From Zygnema circumcarinatum SAG 698-1b (lineage: Eukaryota; Plantae; Zygnematophyceae): a stretch of DNA of 64,000 nucleotides. The stretch covers positions 3,010,880 through 3,074,879 of the forward strand of contig CM074810.1 of the NCBI GenBank assembly GCA_037447605.1. Reading direction: 5' to 3'. Within the stretch, counting starts at the first letter, position 1, and each line of letters opens with the position of its first letter. This document shows positions 10,462 through 20,555 of this stretch, piece after piece. The notes beneath the pieces are model-generated. The model saw only the letters and a program-made list of their open reading frames with translations, ran no database searches and was not told the DNA's origin. The translations under genes were made by a program, and so were the position numbers.

Positions 10462-13039
10462 GGGAGGGAGGGAGGGAGGGAGGGAGGGGAGGGAGGGAGG
10501 GAGAGAGAGATATAGAGAGAGTGAGTGAGTGTGTGAGAGAAAGGGAAAGGGAGACTCGTCTTGCAAGCTCTTTTTCTCCTTCGTTGACTCCTTTCCCTAC
10601 CTTTCCACCTACGCAAGCTCTCCCCTCCCACACTCTCTCTCCCTCTGTTCTTACGCCCTCTCCCTCTTTTCCAACCTCCCCCTGCTCCCTCCTCCCCCTC
10701 CCACCCTCACCATGCTCTCTCTTTCCTTCTTCACACACTCTACCCTCCCTCTCCCCCTCTGTTTCCTCCCATCCTTTCCATGCTCTCCCTCTCTCCCCTC
10801 GCTCCATCCCCCTTATCTGCCTCACCTGATGGCAGAAGGGCGCTCCTCAGTCCATGCATCTATTCGAGTGAGTCTTCAGCAGATCGTCTTTGCTCGCATT
10901 GGCCAGCACCTCCCCTTACTCCTTCACCTCTCCTCCGGGGCTTTGTGTGGGAGTCTCTCTCTCTCATAGTTCACAAAACCTCGATGCGGAATCTTTGACG
11001 GCCTTATCTTCTTACCCTGAAGGCATGGAACGACGAAACTAGAGTAAGAGAAGCAAGAATGTATCACAGAGAAGGACAGTAGCATGATAGTGTAAAAATG
11101 ACAAATTGCAATTGAAGAGATGCAATGAAGGAGGAGAAAGAAAAGAAGGCAAGGAAAAATGTAAGAAAAAAGGGACGACCAATGTAATAAGGAGAGGGAA
11201 GTGGGAGCAACTAACATACCAATCATCTTGGTCGTTCTCTTATAGAGTAGTGTCTCAATTCAATCTTTTCCTTTCTTCTTCCCTGATTCAGGTGTGCTAT
11301 AAGCACACATTATTCTTTTATTTTTGACGGCATTTTCTAAAACACCTTTTGCCTGAGAAGGAAACTTCCCCACAACTCCCATAGGCGATACGTCATCGAC
11401 ATGTCCATTTTTTCCCCTTCCTCTCAAGGCTCGAGCTAAACCATCAATGGTGGAAGGTTTAACTGATTTCATCATAGAGCGAACATTCCGCATTGCCGTT
11501 TGGACATCTTTGTCACCCTCGTACATGTTCCACAAAATTTCAACAACAATAGGATACATGCGATTCCACCAAGCATTTTTCCGATTATTATCTGCTCGTG
11601 GTCCTGTACTATACCAGCGTCTTACACCATAAAATGCCATCAATTCGATGATGGGTTTCTTCCCTTCAGGTCCAACTATCCAGAATTCAGTCCATAAACT
11701 GTCGATATCTTTGTGCAAGCCAACTAAATACCTCTCTAACCCCATNNNNNNNNNNGGGAGGGAGGGAGGGAGGGAGGGAGGGGAGGGAGGGAGGGAGAGA
11801 GAGATATAGAGAGAGTGAGTGAGTGTGTGAGAGAAAGGGAAAGGGAGACTCGTCTTGCAAGCTCTTTTTCTCCTTCGTTGACTCCTTTCCCTACCTTTCC
11901 ACCTACGCAAGCTCTCCCCTCCCACACTCTCTCTCCCTCTGTTCTTACGCCCTCTCCCTCTTTTCCAACCTCCCCCTGCTCCCTCCTCCCCCTCCCACCC
12001 TCACCATGCTCTCTCTTTCCTTCTTCACACACTCTACCCTCCCTCTCCCCCTCTGTTTCCTCCCATCCTTTCCATGCTCTCCCTCTCTCCCCTCGCTCCA
12101 TCCCCCTTATCTGCCTCACCTGATGGCAGAAGGGCGCTCCTCAGTCCATGCATCTATTCGAGTGAGTCTTCAGCAGATCGTCTTTGCTCGCATTGGCCAG
12201 CACCTCCCCTTACTCCTTCACCTCTCCTCCGGGGCTTTGTGTGGGAGTCTCTCTCTCTCATAGTTCACAAAACCTCGATGCGGAATCTTTGACGGCCTTA
12301 TCTTCTTACCCTGAAGGCATGGAACGACGAAACTAGAGTAAGAGAAGCAAGAATGTATCACAGAGAAGGACAGTAGCATGATAGTGTAAAAATGACAAAT
12401 TGCAATTGAAGAGATGCAATGAAGGAGGAGAAAGAAAAGAAGGCAAGGAAAAATGTAAGAAAAAAGGGACGACCAATGTAATAAGGAGAGGGAAGTGGGA
12501 GCAACTAACATACCAATCATCTTGGTCGTTCTCTTATAGAGTAGTGTCTCAATTCAATCTTTTCCTTTCTTCTTCCCTGATTCAGGTGTGCTATAAGCAC
12601 ACATTATTCTTTTATTTTTGACGGCATTTTCTAAAACACCTTTTGCCTGAGAAGGAAACTTCCCCACAACTCCCATAGGCGATACGTCATCGACATGTCC
12701 ATTTTTTCCCCTTCCTCTCAAGGCTCGAGCTAAACCATCAATGGTGGAAGGTTTAACTGATTTCATCATAGAGCGAACATTCCGCATTGCCGTTTGGACA
12801 TCTTTGTCACCCTCGTACATGTTCCACAAAATTTCAACAACAATAGGATACATGCGATTCCACCAAGCATTTTTCCGATTATTATCTGCTCGTGGTCCTG
12901 TACTATACCAGCGTCTTACACCATAAAATGCCATCAATTCGATGATGGGTTTCTTCCCTTCAGGTCCAACTATCCAGAATTCAGTCCATAAACTGTCGAT
13001 ATCTTTGTGCAAGCCAACTAAATACCTCTCTAACCCCAT
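10462..13039. repeat. Tandem 1294-bp-offset duplication (10462-11745 = 11756-13039), each copy preceded by a 10-N gap
   Basis: Identical ORFs at offset 1294 (10529/11823, 10780/12074, 11260/12554). The first copy ends exactly at the N gap. Probable assembly artefact. Confidence 0.85.
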
Positions 13040-15764
13040 CGTTCGCCTGCCTTGCCCTTGGCCTGCTCTTCCCTCTTCTGTCCTTTGTTGCATGTCGCTC
13101 GGCATGCCTTGACTTCCCTCCTCCATACTTGGCCCCATGCTCGGCCCCATGCCCATACCCTGCCCCATGCCCATGCTCGGCCCCATGCCTCCATGCATGC
13201 CTCCTTGCATGCCTCCCTGCATGCCTCCCTGCATGCCTCCCTGCATGCCTCCCTGCATGCCTCCCTGCATGCCTCCCTGCATGCCTCCCTGCATGCCTCC
13301 CTGCATGCCTCCCTGCATGCCTCCCTGCATGCCTCCCTGCATGCCTCCCTGCATGCCTCCCTGCATGCCTCCCTGCATGCCTCCCTGCATGCCTCCCTGC
13401 ATGCCTCCCTGCATGCCTCCCTGCACGCCTCCCTGCACGCCTCCCTGCACGCCTCCCCTGCTCCTGCACCTCCCTGCATGCCCTCCCTGCATGCCTCCTG
13501 CATGCCTCCCTGCATGCCTCCCTGCATGCCTCCCTGCATGCCTCCCTGCATGCCTCCCTGCATGCCTCCCTGCATGCCTCCCTGCATGCCTCCCTGCATG
13601 CCTCCCTGCATGCCTCCATGCATGCCTCCTTGCATGCCTCCTTGCATGCCTCGTTGCATACCTCCCTGCATGCCTTGCCCCCAGCCTTCTCATCATTACA
13701 CAACAAAAAAATAGACTTTTGAAAAAGTTACAACAAGTGTAAACATGAAAAAGACTGCAATGAAAAGGAGGACAAAGGGGAACAAGATTCCTTGTAAGTT
13801 TTTGTTTTAGAGTGATAAAACATAGTTTTTTACCACCAAAGATTGGCTCCATTCCTCAATGGTTGATACTGTTACAGGGCGACCCCTTTCATATGCCTCC
13901 TTCATCTTCTTCCCCACTATCTTGGATGCACTCGCGAAATTGGAAAATTCTTCACTGAAAAAACATCCTCAACACACACAGCATAGAAAACGAACCAAAC
14001 AAAAGTAATTAAAACAAGATCATATAAGTGATGATGATGATCGATAGTAGTTCCTTTTGAAATATTATTTTTCAGTACAATAAGGTAGAAAACTTCCACA
14101 GCAATTCAACAGAAGTTAAATGACAACCAAAGAATGTTACTCCCCACTCCTCACCTTCGAAACTCTTCATTCTTCGAAAACATTGAAATTTCTGGAGCAT
14201 ATACTGCGTCTTGCAACAGAATACATGCAAAATAATGGAGCATTTCCACAAAGGCTTCTGCAGAAATCAGCTGCTTGCTAAAAGCCAGTTTACGGTTCCT
14301 CTACACAAAAAAAAAGCACAAATAAACAAGTAAGAAACGTTAAAGAACTATGACATAAACAAGACAAGAATAAACGATAAAGAGAAGAAAGAAAGAAAAA
14401 GAAAAAAAAAGGTCTACCAATAAAAAAAGCAAAAACATATGATGAAGATGCTACAAAGATGTTACGAAAAAAAGTCAAAAGATAGCTTGAATATGATAGA
14501 TTACCTCCCGTACAGCAGCTTTAAGCCCGGGAAGAAAAGGGAAGATCTTTGTCACAAGAGTTTCACTCGGTGCAAGAGAAGCTCGCTCTATGAAATAATT
14601 TCTGTCACCTTTATCCCCTGGAAATCCTGCAAGCAAAAGTGCAATAGGACGGGCAGTACACCCCCCCAAAATTTTTGCCAGAGCCCTACTAGAGCTTATA
14701 TTCGAACTCCCTGCACACTTGATATCAGCTAAAGGACAACCGTGTATAGCTGCTTCAAATTTTGCAGCTTCACAGAATATGTCCAAGTCGTCTAAAGCAG
14801 AAACATCCAACTCTTCAAAAATTTCAGTTATGAATGTCTGATGGTCTTGATGAGTAATTTGAACCACTGTCGAATCTTTTGACGGCCACAATAAAGTCTC
14901 AAACCTGCAAACAATTCACAATTGACAAAATTGTATCAATAAGAAAGAAAACACGTTTATACAGTTATTGGAAACAGAAAAAACTGTACATATACAACAC
15001 GTTGTAGTTGATTGGATAAAATTGAACTCACCAGTCTTTATTGTTGAGAAGGTTTGGAGGAGGTTCTTTTAATACATTGAACCTGAGGAAAAGCAGTCGT
15101 GCAATCCATCCTTGAACGCAAAGAAGCGGATCTTTATGTCTGAATGCAGATGCATACTGGGTAACACCGGGAACATTTTTTTCCCCCCCATGTAATATTA
15201 TCCGTAAGGCTGTACAGGGGGATGGGCCAACAGCTGTGGTTGGATAATCTTCAGTATAAAGATCAACTAATCGAACACCTCTCAGGTCATCTCCTCGAAA
15301 AATCATTTGCTTTGAAGCAGCAACCATACTACCAAACTTCAGATAAATTTCATCATCAAATTTGGCCATGTGTCTTAAAATCTTTTTGAAGCCCGCAGGC
15401 TGAAGTGCTCGTCGAAGATCAAAGTAGTTCCTATAGACATAAAAAGAACATACTATTAATAACGTAATATATTGAGAGGGGAGAGTGGTGGGCGAGAGAG
15501 AGAGAGATAGAAACACAGAGACGGAGGGAAAGAGAGAGAGACAGAGAGAGAGACAAAGAAGGAGAGGTAGGGGGAGAGAGAGACAGAAAGAGAGACAGGG
15601 AGGGGAAAAAGGAAAAAAAGTGACAAAGAGGGAGAGAGAGAGTACAGTTATACATACCGTTGACTAGACGGTATGAACCGCCGTTCTTCCGCGCCGATCG
15701 CAAACTCGTTTGCAACTCCCTCGTCCGAATAAGGACGACGACGAAAGAAAGGGGTTGCCATTCC
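12554..15764 (-). CDS. Crypton/Ndc10-type tyrosine-recombinase-fold protein with (MQGG)n tract and C-terminal GCR1_C DNA-binding domain; catalytic residues substituted
   Basis: GT-AG exons 15658-15764, 15032-15430, 14505-14904, 14155-14300, 13834-13954 and ~13690-12554. Translation: MIFRGDDLRGVRLVDL...GPSPCTALRIILHGGEKN..G..QYASAFRHKDPLLCVQGWIARLLFLRF...PPNL...DWF; LLAGF...YFIERA...IFP; ILLQDAV; DIDSLWTEFWIVGPEGKKPIIELMAFYGVRRWY...RKNAWWNRMYPIVVEI (GCR1_C-like). The splice phase into the last exon and a net frameshift in the repeat are unresolved. The true 5' end is uncertain (candidate ATG at 15761). Confidence 0.8.
13190..13672 (-). repeat. 12-bp coding minisatellite (ATGCAGGGAGGC = MQGG), about 40 copies
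   Basis: catgcctccctg units on the + strand, with single-base indels at ~13455-13500. Confidence 0.92.
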
Positions 15765-16551
15765 CTGAATAGAAGCAAGGAGCGAGTGAAAGGAATAAGG
15801 TTACAAAGAGAGAAGGGGAGAGAGAAGGGACCTCTCATTAGAGGGAAAGAATGAGAGGGAGAAGTAGAAGGAAGGGGAGAAGGAAAGTGAAAAGAATAGG
15901 GGGGGAACGGGGAGAGGGCGAGATAGAAGGAGGGTGCCAATTGCCATCAATAGAGAGAAAGAGAGTTCAAGAGCGAGGCCTCTGTTTGCATCCATTAGAG
16001 GCAGGTCGGGCAGGCAAACAGAGCGGGCAGGGCAGGCAAGGTAGGGCAGGGCAAGGCAGGCGAGGGCACGCAAAGTAAAAACGTAGAATAACAGGGAGCA
16101 TTTGTAACTAAGTTAAAAGGATTTAAATAACTTGAATAGGAGGGCTAAAGGTAACCAGTGCTAGACGTGTCGAGTCAATAGAATAGAACCACTGAATGAC
16201 ACAGCTACTATCTTTATATTTTCATAAGCAGCAACAACAATACGCCTCAAAATATTTTGAAAGTGACTTCATAGAACAGTCTGGAAAAATCAACCAAAAA
16301 AAAATACCTTCATACCTTGTCCTTCCCTCCTCACATCTCAAATGCAGCATAGCATTGGCAGCAAATGATGCCATTCAGATGTGACATTTTCCACAAGCTC
16401 CTTTTTCCCTCCCTCTTTTTTCCTTTCCTACCTTTTTATTTTCCCTCCCTCCCTCTGCTCCCCTCCCCACCCTCCCCGGCATAAAATGCTGATGAGAGGT
16501 AAGCTTCAAACGGCAATTTTTCGCAGCCAGTTAGCACATAAATTCACCGAA

Positions 16552-16745
16552 GGATGGATGGATGGATGGATGGATGGTTGGATGGATGGATGGATGGTTG
16601 GATGGATGGATGGATGGTTGGATGGATGGATGGATGGAGGGATGGATGGATGGGTGGATGGATGGATGGATGGTTGGATGGATGGATGGATGGATGGATG
16701 GATGGATGGATGGATGGATGGATGGATGGGTGGATGGATGGATGG
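16552..16745. repeat. (GGAT)n microsatellite
   Basis: ggatggatggat... with occasional ggtt/ggag variants. Confidence 0.95.
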
Positions 16746-16817
16746 AGGCGTACCTGCAGCAACGGGCAGTGCGTGGGCGCAGCCACACAACGTTCTCCAC
16801 GTCCGTCCGATCGGCTT

Positions 16818-16997
16818 CGCAGGGAGGGGCGCAAGCAGGGAGGGGCGCAAGCAGGGAGTGGCGCAAGCAGGGAGGGGCGCAAGCAGGGAGTGGCGCAAGC
16901 AGGGAGGGGCGCAAGCAGGGAGTGGCGCAAGCAGGGAGGGGCGCAAGCAGGGAGGGGCGCAAGCAGGGAGGGGCGCAAGCAGGGAGGGGCGCAAGCA
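16818..16997. repeat. 16-bp minisatellite GCAGGGAG(G/T)GGCGCAA, ~11 copies
   Basis: Directly visible tandem array. Confidence 0.9.
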
Positions 16998-17295
16998 GGC
17001 AAGCAGGCGAGCGGGCCCCTCGCTTGGGCTATGGCGGGCGGAGGGCAGGGGGCGGCAGGGCGTTCAAACGCGGCAGCCAAGTCCACGAAACCACGAGGAG
17101 GAGGACCCGCCGCGCGCTCTCCCGCTCGCTCTCGAAGGAGCCGTTGCGTTGCGCGGAACGCGGACAGCGGACAGCACCGAACGGCCTTGCCAGCGTGGCA
17201 CCGACGTGGCGAAGTCGATCCCGGTTGATCTTTGGCATGGTGCCAGCGTGGACACAATGATCCTGTGTAAATTGTAAATGTAAATAAAAGTGTGG

Positions 17296-17450
17296 AAACT
17301 TTCATTGAACTCGCGATGGCGAGGCCATCAAATGTACATGGACAAAGGCAAAATGTGGAACCACGAAGGACTGGTCACAAAGGACCAAATGTAAATAAAT
17401 GTTGTAATGTAAATTTGATGGCCTCGCCATCGCGAGTTCAATGAAAGTTT
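17296..17450. repeat. Perfect 38-bp inverted repeat with 79-bp spacer
   Basis: 17296-17333 AAACTTTCATTGAACTCGCGATGGCGAGGCCATCAAAT, and its exact reverse complement at 17413-17450. Confidence 0.95.
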
Positions 17451-17496
17451 GCGTTGCCTCCTGTGTATGGTTAGTGTTTAAAGATATTATAATTTT

Positions 17497-18441
17497 GGGT
17501 AGTGATATTTCCACCCCTTTTTTGGATCCAAACACCCCTTCCCGGCCGGGCAGATTTCAAAAAGGATTAAAAACGGAAAATGCTTTTTTCACACCTTTTT
17601 GGAATCGATACCACCCTCCATCAGCAGATTTTATTTCTGCGAAACAAGGAAAATGATAACCCGTCGACCCATTTGAATATCCCGCCTACCTGAGTTTTTT
17701 TTCACGCGTGCGGTCAATCGCAGCCGTCGATTCCCTCGCAGATCGCAAACGGCAGATCACTATTTGATCGGCAGCCGGGCTCGGTCACAGCGCATGGCAC
17801 GTGCCCACGTATCCCGCCAAAGTCGCCTCAAAAGTTGTTTCGTACAAATGTCGTACGGTCGCAACTTTGAAGAACCCAAATTTCGTACATTGAGAGCTTG
17901 GACCAATCAAAATTTTCCACGTTAAAAATGTAACACGTGGCACCTGTTGATTGGCTGGGAGCTAACAATGACGAGATCTCGGGCCGATCGACGCGCGCAC
18001 TCGCACGTGCGATTCGGCTTTGACGGGACTCGTGGGCGCTTTCCATTCGCTAAGATCGAGCCGGGCTGCAGATCGAACGGTGACCTGCAGTGATGCGATC
18101 TGCGAGGGAATCGACAGCTGCGATTGACACACACGTGTGAAGGACGGACACCGGCGAACAATCTCGTGGCGGACGGATCTTCCACTTCGAGCGGATTCGG
18201 GCTGGCAGATATTTCTTTCCCTCAAAAAAAAATTTCAGCTAGGCGGGATACAGTATTCAAAATGCAGTGACGGGGTATCATTTTCCTTGGTTAGCAAAAA
18301 TAAAATCAGCCGACGGAAGAAGGTGGGTATCGATTCCAAAAAGGTGTGAAAAAAGCATTTTCCGTTTTTAATCCCTTTTGAAATCTGCCCGGCCGGGAAG
18401 GGGTGTTTGGATCCAAAAAAGGGGTGGAAATATCACTACCC
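17497..18441. mobile_element. MITE family A, complete 945-bp copy, long TIRs starting GGGTAGTGATATTTCCACCCC
   Basis: TIRs of ~190 bp, with further inverted similarity to ~290 bp. Flanks ATAATTTT (17489-17496) and CTAATTTT (18442-18449) form an 8-bp TSD with 1 mismatch. No coding capacity. Confidence 0.88.
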
Positions 18442-18468
18442 CTAATTTTAATATATATTCTAAATTTT

Positions 18469-18548
18469 GTGGTGCGAGGCTACTACGCCGAATCTCATCA
18501 GAACTCCACAGCTAAGCGCCTGTGGGCCGAAATACTACTGGGATGGGT
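18469..18548 (+). pseudogene. 5S rRNA-derived copy 2 (5' deletion, truncated after GGATGGGT)
   Basis: gtggtgcgaggctactacgccgaatctcatcagaactccacagctaagcgcctgtgggccgaaatactactgggatgggt. Confidence 0.85.
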
Positions 18549-19757
18549 TACTCTTTCCTTTCATGTTTGGAAATGGTCAAACATCAACATCGATGGCGTG
18601 ACCAATAATGTTGGACGTTGTTCTTGACTTGTTCTTGGCTGACGTCACAAGGTGACGCCTTGGCGGACTGCTTGTCTCGGCAAGCCGGTCCGAAACAGCA
18701 ATTGCCAATGGTTGGTTGGAACCATCGCCACCCGACCGACACAACCATTGCCATCGGACCGAAACAACCATTGCCATCGGACCGAAACAACCATTGCCAT
18801 CGGACCGAAACAACCATTGCCTACGGTTGCAACGATGGGCAATGGTTTTCCGTGTTGCCAACCATTGCCGCCCGCCCTAAACAACTATTGCCAATGGTTG
18901 ACAATCTTGGAATTCCAGGGCCGGCGGGCTGCATTCCAAGGTCGCCAACCATTGCGACGGGACAAATAAAAACAACGATTGCCAATGGTTCCAACCATAC
19001 CATTGCCTGCGATACGGTTGCAACCATCGGCAATGGTTTTCAATGTTGCCAACCATTGCCGCCGGCCGATGGTTGCAACCGTATCGCAGGCAATGGTATG
19101 GTTGGAACCATTGGCAATCGTTGTTTTTATTTGTCTTCATATTGTCGAACATTCAAAATTTTGCCAATCGCAAATGTTATGGCTCCTAGTTACAAAACAG
19201 TAAATTGCGCCCTTGAAAATGATTGTTTCTTTTTGGAATTGAAGGGCCGGCGGCAATGGTTGCCAATTGAAAACCATTGCCAATGGTTGCAACCGTACCG
19301 CAGGCAATGGTATGGTTGGAACCATTGCCAATCGTTGATTGTTTTGTCCCGTCGCAACGGTTGGCGACCTTGGAATGCAGTGGTTGCAACGATGGGCAAT
19401 GGTTTTCAACGTTGCCAACCATTGCCGCCAGCCCTAACAACTATTGCCAATGGTTGGCAACCTTGGAACTGAAGTGCCGGCGGCAATGGTTGGCATTATT
19501 GAAAACCATTGCCAATGGTTGCAACCGTAGGCAATGGTTGTTTCGGTCCGATGGCAATGGTTGTGTCGGTCGGGCGGCGATGGTTCCAACCAACCATTGG
19601 CAATTGCTGTTTCGGACCGGCTTGCCGAGACAAGCAGTCCGCCAAGGCGTCACCTTGTGACGTCAGCCAAGAACAGGTCAAGAACAACGTCCAACATTAT
19701 TGGTCACACCATCGATGTTGATGTTTGACCATTTCCAGAAATGAAAGGAAAGAGTAA
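18548..19757. repeat. Long inverted repeat (arms of ~290 bp starting TTACTCTTTCCTTTCAT) enclosing CAATGGTTG/CAACCATTG satellite
   Basis: 18548-~18840 is the reverse complement of ~19510-19757 at high identity. The centre contains the same 5S-downstream segment (19140-19220) seen after 5S copies 1 and 4. Confidence 0.85.
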
Positions 19758-19762
19758 AATGT

Positions 19763-19850
19763 GTGGGTGCAGTACTATTCCGGCCCACAGGCGCTTAGCT
19801 GCGGAGTTCTGATGGGATCCGGCGTAGTAGCCTAGGTATGATCGCACCAC
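19763..19850 (-). pseudogene. 5S rRNA-derived copy 3 (internal deletion of the 3' third, 3' end CACCCAC retained)
   Basis: Reverse complement: gtggtgcgatcatacctaggctactacgccggatcccatcagaactccgcagctaagcgcctgtgggccggaatagtactg-cacccac. Confidence 0.88.
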
Positions 19851-19929
19851 GTGCATAGTAATTTAGCAGAGTTATTTACTTTCACGTGCCCTTTTTCTCC
19901 ATTCGGCGGACATGGACGGCTCCTTTAAA

Positions 19930-20285
19930 CCCAATGGTTGTTTTTGCAGGTCCGTCGCAATGGTTGGCAACCTTGGAATTCAATGGTTGCAACCATTACC
20001 TTCGGTAGCGCGGCTTGATTGGTTCCAACCATACCATTGCCTGCGGTACGGTTGCAACCATGGTTTTCAATTGGCAACCATTGCCGCCGGCCCTTCAATT
20101 CCAAGGTTGCCAACCATTGGCGATCGTTGTTTAGGGCCGGCGGCAATGGTTGCCAATTGAAAACCATTGCCAATGGTTGCAACCATCGAATTCCAAGGTT
20201 GCCAACCATTGCGACGGGACCGAAACAACCATTGCCACTGGTTCCAACCATTGCCGCCGGCCCTAAACCACCATTGCCGAAAGGA
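19930..20285. repeat. Degenerate CAATGGTTG/AACCATTG satellite upstream of 5S copy 4
   Basis: Dense self-complementary CAACCATTG/CAATGGTTG motifs. Confidence 0.8.
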
Positions 20286-20365
20286 GGCGTCCGATGTCTT
20301 CCCTTACGAAAGGAGAAAAAGAAAAAGGAAAAACGAACAATGCATAACACTGGATGTCCGAACAC

Positions 20366-20486
20366 GTGGTGCCATCGTACCTAGGCTACTACGCCGGATC
20401 CCGTCAGAACTCGACAACTAAGCGACTGTGGGCCGGAATAGTGCTGGGATGGGTCACCTCCCGGGAAGTCCCGGTGTCGCACCCAC
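20366..20486 (+). rRNA. 5S rRNA gene or recent pseudogene, full length (121 nt), several substitutions, T5 terminator at ~20493
   Basis: GTGGTGCCATCGTACCTAGGCTACTACGCCGGATCCCGTCAGAACTCGACAACTAAGCGACTGTGGGCCGGAATAGTGCTGGGATGGGTCACCTCCCGGGAAGTCCCGGTGTCGCACCCAC. Confidence 0.85.
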
Positions 20487-20555
20487 GAACTCTTTTTGTG
20501 AACCACTTTTCCAAGATTGTAGTTTCATGTTGTCGACCATTCAAACTTTTGCAAA

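Noticed and set aside
11260-11745. Second independent GCR1_C gene
   Set aside because: Identical to 12554-13039 and bounded by N gaps, so most likely an assembly duplicate.
12554-15764. An active autonomous Crypton transposon
   Set aside because: HxxR, W and the catalytic Tyr appear substituted, and no element termini could be identified. It is kept as a candidate domesticated or inactive derivative instead.
18618-19660. Long ORFs (up to 284 aa) in the CAATGG region
   Set aside because: Translations of a satellite (repeating QWL/ATIANG/QPLP), present in all frames and on both strands.
18469-20486. Cassandra TRIM (5S-bearing LTRs)
   Set aside because: The paired 5S copies are inverted, not direct. 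No TG...CA LTR ends, PBS or PPT were recognised.
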